Of a stretch of 64,000 nt of DNA, positions 10,921 through 24,179 are shown one piece after another. The DNA is taken from contig NW_027361727.1 in assembly GCF_039654945.1 (NCBI RefSeq), forward strand, positions 22,630,001-22,694,000, read 5' to 3'. The translations under genes and the position numbers were made by a program. Every line of letters starts with the position of its first letter. Position 1 is the first letter of the stretch. The notes beneath the pieces were generated by a model that had not been told where the DNA came from, searched no databases, and saw only the letters and a list, made by a program, of their open reading frames with translations. This DNA is from Dendrobates tinctorius. Its lineage: Eukaryota.

Positions 10921-13900
10921 TTATGGGGTTGGTACAAGTTCCGTTTGTCGACTTAGTCCATCGGCGTTACCGGTTTGTTTGCCGGGTCTGTAGTGGATGG
11001 TGAAGTCCAGAGGTTGTAGGGCTAAACTCCACCGCAGCAATCTGGCGTTGTCTCCGGAGACCCAATTAAGCCAGACTAGGGGATTATGGTCCGTTAGGAG
11101 GGAAAACTGTCGTCCATACAAATATGGTTGCAACTTCTTGAGTGCCCATACTACCGCCAGGCACTCCTTCTCGATGGCCGCATAGCCTACTTCACGGGGC
11201 AGTAGTTTCCGACTCAGGTAAGCTACCGGGTGTTCTTGGCCGTCCGGCCCGACTTGGCTCAGTACTGCCCCCAATCCAAACATAGAAGCGTCTGTGTGAA
11301 CAAGGAAACGTTTAGTTGGATCGGGTGCGGCCAATACAGGGGTATTGGTGAGGGCGTCCTTTAGTTGGCGGAAGGCTTCCTCACACTCTGAGGTCCAGGT
11401 TACCTGGCAGGGTTGGTTCTTACGGGTCAGATCAGTGAGGGGCTTGGCTACGCTGCTGTAATTGGGAACGAATTTCCTGTAATATCCCGCTGTCCCTAGA
11501 AACGCCATGACCTGGGTTTTAGTGCGTGGTATGGGCCATTTGGCTATGGCCTCAATCTTGGCTGGTTCTGGTCGCTGTTTCTCACTTCCCACCCAATGCC
11601 CTAAATACTGAACCTCTGCTTTGCCCACGTGACACTTGTTTGGGTTCAGGGTGATTCCGGCCTGGTGGATCCTGTCCAATACTGTCTCTAGGTGATTTAG
11701 ATGCTCTTCCTATGTCGCACTGTAGATGGCGATATCGTCCAGGTAGGCACAAGCATAGTCCTGGAGACCATCCAGAAGCCTGGTCAGCCAGCCTTTGGAA
11801 GGTCGCCGGGGCATTCTTCATCCCGAATGGCATAACTCGAAACTGGAATAAGCCGAACGGGGTGACAAATGCCGACTTGGGAATAGCGTCAGGACCAAGG
11901 GGAATCTGCCAGTAGCCTTTGCATAGATCGATGGTGGTCAAATACTTTGCCCCCACCAGCCGGTCTAACAACTCATCCACACGCTGCATGGGATATGCAT
12001 CCGTCACTGTTTTCTCATTGAGCTTACGATAGTCTACACAAAACCGTGTAGTCCCATCCTTCTTGGGCACTAACACTACGGGGAATCCCCAGGGACTATC
12101 TGACTCTTCAATGACCCCTAAACGCAGCATCTCTTGAATCTCTTGTCGCATCCCCTCTCGTACAGACTCAGGGACGCGGAAGGGGTTTTGTCGCAGGGGG
12201 GTCTGATCCTGGGTCTCAACCTTGTGTTGTGCCAGGCGAGTGTACCCCGGTCTCTCTGAAAACATCCTCTGTCGCAGCCTCAACAACGCCTCCGCCTGCT
12301 GTCTCTCCCGGGGGCCTAGGTCTTCGCCCAAGTGTACCTGGTCCCATGTTTTAGACTGAGTCCTTTCCCCTAAGACATCCGGCAAGGGAAGTCCGGCTAA
12401 ATCCTCTGCTTCAGGTGCACAGATGGCCACTATCTCTTCAGGGAGCTCCCGGTAGGGCTTCAGCTTATTCACGTGGAACATGCGGATAACCCTGGGGTCA
12501 TTACAATCGGCGACATTATAGGTTGTGTCGGCTATTTTCCCCACTACCTGGTAGGGCCCCTGCCATGCAGCTTGAAACTTATTCTGCTTAGTAGGCGCTA
12601 ACACCAGGACCTTCTGTCCTATTTCCAAAGTGCGCTCTCTGGTCCTCCGATCGTACCATAAGCGCTGGCGCCGCTGTGTCGCCTGCAGGTTCTCACGTAC
12701 AACCTGGGTCAGCTCCTGTAGGCGGTCCCGGAATTCCAGCACATAGGGTACAATAGGTACCCCTTCTATGAGGCCCTCCCCTTCCCAGTGTTCCAGCACT
12801 AAGTCTAGGGGTCCCCTTACCCGTCTCCCGTATACCAGCTCGAACGGGGAGAACCCCGTGGATTCTTGGGGCACCTCCCGATAGGCAAACAGGAGGTGTG
12901 GCAAGAATTTCTCCCAGTCCCTGTAGGTCCTGGTAAAAGTCCCAATGAGCTGTTTTAATGTCCCGTTAAAGCGTTCACACAACCCATTGGTTTGCGGGTG
13001 GTATGGGGCGCTTCTAATGGACTTTACGCCGCACAGCTTCCACAGTTGGTGGGTCACCTCTGCTGTAAACTGGGTACCCTGGTCCGAGATAATCTCCCGG
13101 GGAAATCCAACCCGTGAAAAAACCTGGAGCAGGGCGGCCGCCACCGTCTCTTCCAGTATGTTAGGTAACGCAACCGCCTCTGGATACCGTGTGGCATAAT
13201 CTACCACTGTCAGTATCTACTTTTTCCCGGACGGACTGGGTTTGGCTAACGGCCCTATCAGATCGACCGCTACTCGGCTAAATGGTTCCTCCACAATGGG
13301 GAGGGGGCGTAATCTGGCCTTGCATCGATCCCCCCTCTTGCCAATGCGCTGACAACTGTGACAGGTCTGGCAGCACTGACTAACTTCATATGTTACCCCC
13401 GGCCAAAAGAAGTTTTGGGTCAGACGATGCCTGGTGCGACTGACGCCGAAGTGCCCGGCCAAGGGTATATCATGAGAGATTCGCAGTAACTCCTGCCTAT
13501 ACTTCTTGGGAATTACCAGCTGTTGTTTTATAGTGGGGCTCGTCCCTGTGTGGTGCTGCTCTGTGATCCGGTAGAGGAGTCCCTGCTTCCATACAAACTG
13601 TTCCCCTTCCATTACCCCTCTCCCCTCCTGTGCCTTCCCACGATATCCCTCTAATGAAGGATCCTCAAGTAACTCCCTCTTAAATTCATCTGGGGTGGCC
13701 CAAGAAATGTGTCTGGCTATGGGAATACGTGTAGGGCTGGAATGTCTTACCTGGGCCTCTGAGTGTGATTCCACCTCCGCAGCTCGAGCTTGTCTCCGGG
13801 TGGTCACAGGATATGTCTCAGCCAGAGGGGCCACCGAGAATGCAGACAACATGGGCCCCAAGTCATTTCCCAGCAAGACGTCTGCAGGCAAATCCTCCAT

Positions 13901-15403
13901 CAAGCCGACCTCAACAAGGCCATCCCCGACTCCCCAGTTCAGGTGAATCCTGGCAGTGGGTAGTCGATGTATGGCTCCCCCTGCTACACGGACTGCCACT
14001 GTCCGGTCCGTCTTCTCTTGGTCCCGGACGAGATGAGGCTTCACAAGGGTCAAAGTTGCCCCGGAATCTCTTAGTCCCTGCATACGTTTCCCATTAACCC
14101 ACACGACTTGTCGATGCTGTTGTCGATTATCTGCCCGGGCTGCCTGCACGGGGTCTACTTCATGCAGCACTTCCTCCATCTCTTCCACCCCTTGATTAAT
14201 CGTAGCCACCAATGCCGGGTCAGCTTCACCTTGGTAGCAGTGTACAGCAGCCCGGCTGAAGGTAGCTGTTCCCGCCTTTGGCCACTGGGTATGCTGAGTC
14301 CGGTTGGGGCATTGTCTTTGCAGGTGGCCCAGCTGACGACAGGTGTGGCATCGTGCCCCAGGGGGACTGTTGTAGGCCGGGTTTCTAGCTGGTCCCCCTA
14401 CAATCTTCGGTGGTTTGGGGCCCTCCAGGTTCATGGGCGGGCCCCTAGGGACCACCTTTGATCCGGACAACTGCGGCCTCCTGGCATCATGATGTTCATC
14501 GGCCAGACGAGCGGCTTCCTCAAGAGTCGTTGGCCGCCTGTCCCGAAGCCATTCCTGTGTCTCGGGGTTTAGTCCATTAAAGAATCGTTCTAACAGGAAG
14601 AGCTGGAGGACGTCCTCCTTAGTGGTTGCTTGGCTCCCTTGTACCCACTGTAGCAGTGACCGCCGTAATTTACAGGCCCGTTCAGCGTGGGTATCGGTTA
14701 CGCGTTTTATAAGTCCATGGAACTTTTGGCGGTAGGCCTCTGGTGTCAGCGCATATAGGGCCAAGATCACTTCTTTGATCTGCTCATAGTCCATACAGTC
14801 CTCATCAGGTACCATGCGATAGGCGTCCGCTGCCCGGCCTGTCAGCTTGCTGGCCAGAATCTGAACCCGTTCCTCCGGCTTTACTTGATGAAGAGCACAC
14901 TGCCGCTCAAAGTCCTGCAGAAAGCCATCAATGTCTTCCTCTGCCTCCCCCAACTGTCGGAAGGCATTGTACTGGATCTTTTTGTGGCTTACTGTTGAAG
15001 GTACCTGATCGAAGGCCAGAGCTCCCCCTGCTCGCTGACTCTCCTCTCTCCGCTCTGCCATCTCCATCTTGGCCAGCTCCACTTTGGTCCGCTCTGCCAT
15101 CTCCATCTTGGCTAGCTCTATCCTGGTCCGCTCGGCCATCTTTTCCTTCAGATCAGTACGCACATCAGCCATTACCTCTCGTATGATCTCCACTGCAGGG
15201 TTTGGGCCATGGAACGCCAGTCTGTTCTTTACCTCCCTCTGGAATTCGGTCTCCTCCACATTCACATTGGGGGGCGCTGCATTGTCGTGTTCCATGATGG
15301 CTGCTATCAAATCCGCTTTTGTTTTGTTGCTGGCGATCAACCCTCGGGCTTCCACCAGGTCTTTTAATGTAGTCCTCTTTAACTTCTGGTAATTATTTTC
15401 CAT
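10921..15403 (-). pseudogene. gag-pol of Gmr1-like copy 3, disrupted
   Basis: Same lesions (TAG 13217-13219, frameshift near 11780, TAG 11710-11712). Confidence 0.93.
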
Positions 15404-15455
15404 TCATTCCTTTCCTCCTGTAGAAGGGGTATCAAATCCCGCTGGCTGCCACCAG

Positions 15456-15874
15456 TGTAACGGGGTCTTCCAAGCTGGGGTACCTCTTTCAGTACCATCC
15501 CGTGTTTTCGGAGGTCCGCTCTGCGTTGGCTGGAGTCTGAATGAATGACGCTGGCTGGAATTCCTCTGAGTGCATGGGCACATTTAAAAGATCACTGCTT
15601 CTCCACATATTTCCAGTCTGACAACACTTTACTCAGAGGACACAGAATATATATCACACAGATACAGAGGGCCGGCCAATAGACAAGCGTCAGGCCAGAC
15701 ATGCATTACAAAAGCAGCAGGTGGCCGGAGCCTGCGTATGTTTACTGTGGGAATTACAAAGGTAGGGGGAGGGTGGACACTGCTGATACATTAGGGACAT
15801 GCATCTCACATGGAACCTATTATATATACATATAACTGCACAACATATTCTGGGTGCTGAGTGGTTCGGTAACA
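15456..15874 (-). repeat. LTR 4 (outer 5' LTR, 419 bp)
   Basis: About 15 substitutions relative to LTRs 1-3; followed by the TSD ATCTT. Confidence 0.93.
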
Positions 15875-16528
15875 ATCTTTAAACGAACATACATGATTAA
15901 TGAATAAAAGATGACTTTTTGCATCCCGGGGGGGTCTAGAACAGTGGAGGGGTTAATATCTGTATCCCTTCTTCTAAAGGGTTAGTCTACAAATAAAGAA
16001 CATAGTTGCTTTTTAAAGAGTTAATCTGCAAGAGAAGGAAAACAGTTGCCACCATAATGAAGAGAAGACTTACAGGTTTAACCTCTGCAGTGGCACCTGC
16101 TGTTTCAAAATACACAGGAACCCTTCTTTCTTCGTACATAGCTACATCCAGCATGAAGTAAGACTGTAGCATAGACCATCCACAAGGTCCGACGCAACGT
16201 ACTCTTTTATTCCTTCTGAAATATTTCCCATTTCAAGAGCAGGAAGGCTCCCACATCTTTCAAAATTGTGAGACAGTGGAGAGCCCCAACTTTCGTCTTT
16301 TTTTGTCTCCCTTTCTGATATATATATAATTGAGAGGTTTTATATATTGGTTTCTTTATATTTCATGGAGGCAAGAGGTCCTCTTTAGGATAGCTCAGGG
16401 AGACCGTGAAACTTGTAAGAAATAGTGGTGGAAGCAAATAACCCACGATCTATCCTCCAGTTAGTAAAGTTTAGCACAAGTAACCTTCTTACTGCCTAAT
16501 TTGAAGCAATGACACTTCTGTCCTTCAG

Positions 16529-16716
16529 ATACGTGGTGATATCTCGAGAAGAACGGGAGCAAAACCTCATGGCATTTCAGCACAGCGAGAAGATTTATTT
16601 CCGTGCGTGTCGTGACATTCATCCCGGAGAGAAGCTGCGGGTTTGGTACAGCGACGATTACATGAAAAGGCTGCATAGCATGTCTCAGGAGACAATCATT
16701 CGCAACCTCAGCAGAG
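16529..16716 (+). CDS. PRDM11: PRDM11 internal exon, C-terminal part of the PR/SET domain
   Basis: ttcag| acceptor and |gtaaga donor; [56 protein letters not shown] matches PRDM11 as I remember it; phase-1 end joins 20092 in frame. Confidence 0.92.
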
Positions 16717-19187
16717 GTAAGAGACGTGACTCATTACCTTTTTTCACTTGTGCTGTCTCTTGAGTTCCCTTCTTTGTGAATATTTATACTTTACTGCATA
16801 CATTAAAGGGAATCTAATATAGTCTTGTGAAATGTAATTATGACACTTTGATTGGCGACAAACAGTGATTTCTACCCAAACCTTAAAAGTAACCAAGTTT
16901 TAGTAAACCAGAGGCTTGAGCAGGTGCAAAAATTTAGTTTTAAATCCAGAAATAATTGGCATTTGTTTTCTCCAGTTTTAGGCGGCCATTTGGGCTAATT
17001 GCGAAAACCGGAAGTATAGCCCTAATATTTTTCTTTAAAACCGTCACTTATTATTAATACAGTGACAAGTTCCAATCCGAGAAGCTGGTGCAAAAGTGAC
17101 AACTAATTTTGCGGCACTTCCTGTCACCGCTTTTTCAAAATGGTTCGCACAACAAAACTGAAAAGTACCGATATGTCTGTGACCAAAAGGAATGTTGTCC
17201 TCAATATCTCTAACTTCTGCTTTGCTAATAAATGGTTAATTTAACATTTTGAGTCAAAATCCACTTTAAAGTGATTTCAAAATCTAGACTGACTGTCCCA
17301 CACCCATCCTTACTTATCCCGTCCTTTCTATTTGCATCAGTTTACTCCCACCCTCTAACAGTATGCTGATAGTGTACTTCGGAGTTGTACTGTCCCAAAA
17401 GAGGAAAGGAGCAACAGCGGTGCCCATGAGCCCCCGAAATGTTTCTTGTGCAATTTAAAGGGACATGCACCAGCACCATAACTGGACGGTGACCCCCCCA
17501 ATCACATCTACTGTGTGAATTAGCTCACAATGTAAAGGGTGGTAATATTATGCATGGTTGGTTCCCTTTAACTATGATGATTTTACAGTTATGCACCATG
17601 TGTACCTGGTTTTCTCATTTATTTTATTCTGTGTTGGAAAAAAATAGTATAAAATATGAAAACATATGTTCATATAATTAGTTTTCAAAGCCTCTTACCG
17701 GCTGCCTGAAAGTGTTTACTGCACCTGTTAATAACCTGTCTGACTTATGTACACTTTTATTACAGTCAAGTGTTTTTTTTTTTTCTTTTTGCTCCCTGTT
17801 ATCAGTCATATCAGGGAGGGAACAGTGTGACTGTAGCGATTTACAGTGGAATGATTATCAATAGAAAAAAATCTCCAAAAATACCCCCCAATAAGAAGCA
17901 CCTAACCTGTTATATTTTAAAGTGAGAAATATCCTAGATCATTTACATGTGATTGATTCGCCCTTATATTGCATAAACACCTTATTACGGACAGAGCTGG
18001 CTCCTCAGGGGCGGTGTCTAACACAAATTCCAAGAAAAGTATCTGTGTCATGCTCCACCCCCTCAGTCTCTACACTAGATCTAATACAGAAGTATTTGTT
18101 TTATCTGTGATGTTTTGTTAAAACCCTTAGTACATAACCTGTTTTGGCCTTCAGGACAAAGTGATTTATTTTTTTTATTTAATTTTTCAGTTTCTTACAT
18201 CACTTTTTTTCTTTTTTCCTCGTCAATTTAGGCATATTTATTTCATCTTGTATTTGCCAATCTGGTTATATTCTCAGTGGCTTTTTTTTTGGTTACTTTG
18301 GTTTCTTATGTCATTCATTGTGCAGTATAAATAATTATATCATGATGAATGTGGCGATGTACTATTTTGTTTTTATTTCACTATGACTGCCCTCTCTCAT
18401 GGGCAATACCGGTCAATTCTGACAGCGTGTGCACTGATTCAGAAGTATGCAGTCACATAGAGGGACTGCAGAGTTTTATCAGAAAACCGGGCAACCACTT
18501 TAAGATATAAAGCAAAAACTTGTTTTCCTGATCTCCGTACCTCCTGTTCCACCTAGACGGACTTGCCACTTTATGATTAGTGTTGGTTGACCGAATTTTA
18601 ACAACCCTACCTATCCTGAAATGAACGTGCCTCAGCATTTCTAAGGCTTCCCTCCACAGCAGCGCTCCCTCCAACATAATGAAAACTGAATAAAGTTGAC
18701 CCCTTCGCCTAATCGGTTCAGTGCTGCAGTTCCATGGCTGGGAGAGCTGCTAAGGAGGGAAGAAAACGGACTGGATCATAAAGTGATGATGATATATCTG
18801 AAATTTATATGGCTTTTTCTAGTTAGGTGAATTGGGGCTGTGTTGTACCTCTCTGCAGGAAGCAAAAAAAGACAAAACAGGCAAGCACATATAAAATAGA
18901 CTGAAAAAAAGGCGCAAATTAAAAGAACAATTAGATTCAAAGGCAAAAAATGGTGAAAAGCACCAATACTAGAAAGAAAAAGAAATCACATATGTGGTTA
19001 TAAATTGGGCCTTATTACTTTCGGAAGAAGAGGAGGAAAAAAATAAAAATAAAAATTGGCCATGACGGGAAGGTGTTAATGTCAAAGCACCAATAGTAGT
19101 AGTTGTTATTAGATGTTAGTACCAGTTGTCTACAATGTACAGTTCTGTGGTTCTCAAGCATCTCAGGCTTTTTGGTCATGACTCCAT

Positions 19188-19965
19188 TTCTAGTTGGGAG
19201 ATCCAAAGCATTGATCCAAATGTAGGCCTAGACCTATTGAGCGGGGTTATCAGAACCCTAGACCTATTGAGCGGGGTTATCAGAACTTAGGTAACCAATG
19301 TTCTAGTTGGGAGGTCCTAAGCATTGATCCAAATGTAGGCCTAGACCTATTGAGCGGGGTTATCAGAACCTAGGTAACCAATGTTCTAGTTGGAAGTTCC
19401 AAAGCATTGATCCAAATGTAGGCCTAGACCTCTTGAGCGGGGTTATCAGAACTTAGGTAACCAATGTTCTAGTTGGGAGTTCCAAAGCATTGATCCAAAT
19501 GTAGGCCTAGACCTATTGAGCGGGGTTATCAGAACCTAGGTAACCAATGTTCTAGTTGGGAGTTCCAAAGCATTGATCCAAATGTAGGCCTAGACCTCTT
19601 GAGCGGGGTTATCAGAACTTAGGTAACCAATGTTCTAGTTGGGAGTTCCAAAGCATTGATCCAAATGTAGGCCTAGACCTATTGAGCGGGGTTATCAGAA
19701 CCTAGGTAACCAATGTTCTAGTTGGGAGTTCCAAAGCATTGATCCAAATGTAGGCCTAGACCTCTTGAGCGGGGTTATCAGAACTTAGGTAACGAATGTT
19801 CTAGTTGGAAGGTCCTAAGCATTGATCCAAATGTAGGCCTAGACCTATTGAGCTGGGTTATCAGAACTTAGGTAACCAATGTTCTAGTTGGGAGGTCGTA
19901 ACCATTGATCCAAATGTAGGCCTAGACCTAATCCAGAGGGGTTATCCTAATTTAGATAACCAATG
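19188..19965. repeat. 83-bp minisatellite, about 9 units
   Basis: TTCTAGTTGGGAG...GGTAACCAATG starts at 19188, 19301, 19384, 19467, 19550, 19633, 19716, 19799 and about 19881. Confidence 0.92.
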
Positions 19966-20091
19966 TAATATGACACAATGGGTATTACCAAAGAATAATG
20001 GCCATCTTCTACTGAGGAAAGCTTAAAAAATGTAAGGCTTTAATAAGGGAACATGTGGCTATATGATAACACACCTAATTTTCCTTTCCAG

Positions 20092-20727
20092 GAGAAAGAG
20101 GTTTGTTAAGGGAAAACAATGACAGAATCTTGGAAAACCAAGAAGATGTGAAAGGCCCATTTCCACAAACTGCCCTTAAGCAAGGGAAGAGCCTCTACAA
20201 GCGAAGCTGTGAGGAGGGCGAGCTACACCCTCATACCAAGAAGAAAAAAATTGACTTAATCTTCAAAGATGTCTTGGAGGCTTCTCTAGAGTCTGCTAAA
20301 ATGGAAGACCATCCCCTGGTGACAAGTAGTCCTATACTCGGGAAGAAGGTTACTAAGTATCAGTATGAGAACCACGGAGATAGATGTAAAACAAGCCAAA
20401 AGTTTTCTGCCCCAAACCAAACCAGAATCTCAATGGAGTGGAAGGTCCCTCATGCTTCAGTTCAAGGTCTAGACAGGGATACCAACCTACCAGAAGATGA
20501 TCTAGAAGACCGCTCATCTATCAAAGTAGAAAGTCCTGATGAGTTCGCTGCCCTTGATGATACTGATGAAATCCCCACCACTTCTTTCTGCCCAAACTGT
20601 ATCAGGTTAAAGAAGAAAATCCGTGAGCTTCAGGCCGAGGTGGAAAGGCTAAGATCTGGAAAAGTCCCTGAAGTTCCTCAGTTGTTTCCTCAGAAAATTG
20701 AGGTTCCAGAGTTTTCCGATATCTCAG
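20092..20727 (+). CDS. PRDM11: PRDM11 penultimate coding exon, copy 1
   Basis: tttccag|GAGAAAG and CAG|gtatgg; KKKKIDLIFKDVLEASLESAK and PTTSFCPNCIRLKKK motifs. Read-through of the donor gives a short form stopping at 20789. Confidence 0.92.
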
Positions 20728-21027
20728 GTATGGAATTGGCACTTGCCGACAGTTTATGTTTAGTATTGTCTGTTCTCATGGTAGATTAGTTAGCTATCCT
20801 TGACACAACCAATTTACAGAACAAAAACTAGCTAGTCTTGGTATGTATTTTTTTAAATTTATGGGGTTCTTGGAGCCAATTTTTTTTTATAAAACAAAAG
20901 TTTTTAGTCTTACAGGGTCACATGGTGCATAATAATCTCTTTACTACCCATCTAATTTATTTCTTTTTAATGTCCAAGTGATTTTTTTCTTTTTTTTTGT
21001 TTTGATCTGTTGACTTTTGTCTCCCAG

Positions 21028-23184
21028 CTCCAGAAAACATGTCCATCGCACCCACAATAATGGAAGACGACGATCAGGAAGTAGACTCTGCAGACGAGTT
21101 GGTCTCCAATGAGATACTGGCATCTACCGACGAGCCTTCTAAGATGTCTGCATCTACCGGTAGACGGATCCGTCGCTTCAAGCAAGAATGGTTAAAAAAG
21201 TTCTGGTTCTTGAGATACTCGTCTACGTTGAATGAGATGTGGTGTCACGTTTGTAGGCAGTACACAGTGCAGTCCTCAAGGACTTCAGCTTTCATCATCG
21301 GTTCCAAACAGTTTAAGATTCACACTATAAAGCTCCACAGCCAAAGTAACCTCCACAAAAAATGTTTGCAGCTCTACATGCTCAGGATGCACCCCGAAAA
21401 GACAGAGGAAATGTGCAGGAACATGACTCTCCTTTTCAACACCGCATACCACTTGGCTATGGAAGGTAGGCCTTATTATGACTTCCGACCTCTAGCAGAA
21501 CTACTGAGAAAGTGTGAACTCCGCGTAGTTGACCAGTACATGAACGAAGGCGATTGTCAGATTTTGATTCATCACATCGCCAGAGCACTTAGAGAAGACT
21601 TAGTAGAGCGCATTCGACAATCTCCATTCCTAAGCATTATCTTAGATGGGCAAAGTGAAGAGCTTCTTGTCGATACGGTGGCAGTCTACGTCCAGTACAC
21701 CAGTAACGATGGCCCACCTGCCACAGAGTTTCTCTCTTTTCAAGAGCTGGGTTTGCCAACCACTGAGAGTTATCTCCAAGGCATTGACAGGGCTTTCTCA
21801 GCTCTTGGTATCCGACTGCAGGATGAGAGGCCAACCGTAGGGTTAGGAGTTGATGGAGCCAACATAACGGCTGGATTACGAGCAAATATGTATACGACAA
21901 TCAGGAAAACCTTGCCTTGGCTACTGTGTTTACCATTTATGGTACACAGGCCCCACTTAGAAATTTTGGATGCAATTAGTGGAAAAGAACTCCCTTGTTT
22001 AGAAGAATTAGAAAATAACCTGAAGCAGCTACTTAGTTTCTACCGGTACTCTCCCCGTCTGATGTGTGAACTTCGACTTACTGCTACAACCCTTTGCGAG
22101 GAAACAGAATTCCTAGGTGATATACGGGCAGTGAAATGGATAATAGGGGAGCAGAACGTGCTGAATGCTCTGATTAAGGACTACCTGGAAGTGGTGGCCC
22201 ATTTGAAAGACGTCAGCGTTCAAACACAACGAGCCGGCGCCTCCGCCATTGCATTAGCCCTCCTTCAGTTTCTCATGGATTATCAGTCAATTAAGCTTAT
22301 ATATTTCCTTTTGGATGTAATCGCGGTATTGTCCCGCTTGGCCTACGTCTTCCAGGGCGAGTACCTCTTGGTGTCCCAGGTGGATGAGAAAATAGAAGAA
22401 GCCATTCAAGAAGTCAGCCGCTTGACAGATTCTCCTGGGGAATATCTTCAGGAGTTCGAAGAAAACTTCAGGGAAAGTTTCAATGGGATCTCGTTGAAGA
22501 ATTTACGTGTGGCCGAAGCAAAGTTTCAGTCCATCCGTGAGAAGATTTGTCAGAAAACCCAACTCACCCTGGCCCAACGGTTTGATTCCCGAAGCCGAAT
22601 ATTTGTAAAAGCTTGCCAAGTTTTCGATTTGTCTATGTGGCCCCAGAGGACAGAGGAACTCATAGGCTATGGAGAGGAGGAAATGCTGCAAATATACGAA
22701 CACCTGAGTGGCATTCAGTCATTTCTTTCGGACTGCAGGGATGGTGCTGACACTAGAAGCGGCCTATTGATGGAATGGCGAGAGCTAAAGGCTGACTACT
22801 GTACCAAAAACGGTTTCAATTTAATAGACCATATCTGTAAGTACAAACAGAGATTCCTGCTCTTAAACAAGATAGTACAGATCCTAAAAGTCCTTCCCAC
22901 GTCTACGGCCTGCTGCGAAAAAGGGCGCAACGCTCTCCAAAGGCTGCGCAAAAACAACCGCTCAAGGCTGACTTTAGACCAGTTGAGCGACCTCTTGACC
23001 ATAGCCGTGAATGGACCGTCCATCTCTAATTTCGATGCCAAGAGACCTCTGGACGGTTGGTTTGAAGAAAAGTCAGGGAATAGCTACTCCTTGTCTGCCG
23101 AGATGCTCAGCAAGGTGTCTTCTCTGGACCAGAAACCCATGCTCCACTCTATGGAGCTAGGCTCTGAGTACTACCAAGACGTTT

Positions 23185-23186
<2 letters not shown>
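21028..23186 (+). CDS. PRDM11: PRDM11 terminal coding exon, copy 1 (ZNF862-like, hAT-transposase-derived: zinc-finger-like start, RNase-H-like core, hAT dimerisation-like end)
   Basis: ctcccag|CTCCAGAAAACATG in frame with the previous exon; RRFKQEWLKKFWFL..MWCHVC, SIILDG, GVDGAN, LPTSTACCEKG..RSRL; TAA at 23184-23186. Confidence 0.92.
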
Positions 23187-23220
<34 letters not shown>

Positions 23221-24041
23221 GGTCCTGAAGCTATTGGATATGTTTTTTTTCTATCTATACTCTTAAGTTTTTGGTATATTATAAAAAAAAAAATGTAAAA
23301 AATTAAATATATATAAATATATATTATATATATATATATTAATAGAAAAAAAAAATCCCACTAAATATTTACAAAAAGACTGAGCCTTTTCTTAGGAAAC
23401 CTTACAAATGGTATCACATTTTTCACCTATGGCAGCTGGAATGGTTTCCTTACGGCCAGAACAGGACAGAGAAACCACAAACCCTTTTCCCAAAGCATGT
23501 ACAATCCCGACCAGGTACCTTTTTTTTATATATACCCCTCTGTTTTGTTCATAGGCCAGAACAAACATTTGTATGTCAGGACCCCGGAAGTCCAAATCCA
23601 CAGAAATCGCTATAATTTTTTTTTTATATATATAATTTAATATATTTTTTATCCTAATTTGTATTCTCCTTTTATGTATTATGTTAAAAAAACAAACAAA
23701 GAAATATGTATCTTGTATCTAAAAATCACCAAATGGGCAAACTTTTATTTTCACTGCCCTATTGTCCCCAGGGTACAATGGCGGGGGTGCATTTGGGTCC
23801 AAAGCTGGCTAACCGCACCTCGGGGACTCTTCTTTCTAAGGACAAGCAATGTAGCAGTCACCCCAATGTTTATTATACCTGAATCACTTTCCTTTTACAA
23901 CACTTACAAAAGTTTTGTAATCACACACAATGTATACTTCTTGTATTGTTTGGGGATTTTATGGCAGAGCTTATGGTTAAAAAATATCTTTTAAATATAT
24001 ATATATTTTTTTTTCAATACTGTAATGTTTTAGCTTGTACG

Positions 24042-24179
24042 GATGTAGCAGAGCTGAGTTTGTAATTTGGCACAGTTTATTGGGATATCACATTGATAGC
24101 TAAATCTGTACTTTGCTTGGATTGACGGAGTGCCTAAAAAAAAAAAAATGTTAAATTGCAAACTCGGCTCTGCTACATC
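24042..24179. repeat. Short inverted-repeat (MITE-like) element downstream of the stop; paralogous copy at 30301-30440
   Basis: GATGTAGCAGAGCTGAGTTTGTAATTT ... AAATTGCAAACTCGGCTCTGCTACATC, arms about 27 bp. Confidence 0.6.

Larger units (their letters stand above)
368..15874 (-). mobile_element. Tandem trimer of a Gmr1-like Ty3/gypsy LTR retrotransposon (LTR-int-LTR-int-LTR-int-LTR)
   Basis: Period about 5029-5030 bp; four TG...CA LTRs; one TSD ATCTT at 363-367 and 15875-15879; integrase lies upstream of RT (Gmr1 order). Confidence 0.95.

Noticed and set aside
225-15875. Short plus-strand and LTR ORFs repeated in each unit
   Set aside because: Antisense shadows of gag-pol or chance ORFs; they recur only because the unit is repeated.
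19188-19965. CRISPR-like regular repeat
   Set aside because: Units are contiguous with no unique spacers; eukaryotic intron; no cas genes.
21039-23186. Autonomous hAT transposon or separate ZNF862 gene
   Set aside because: No TIRs or TSD; it splices in frame to PRDM11 exons, and the duplication borders lie far outside the ORF.
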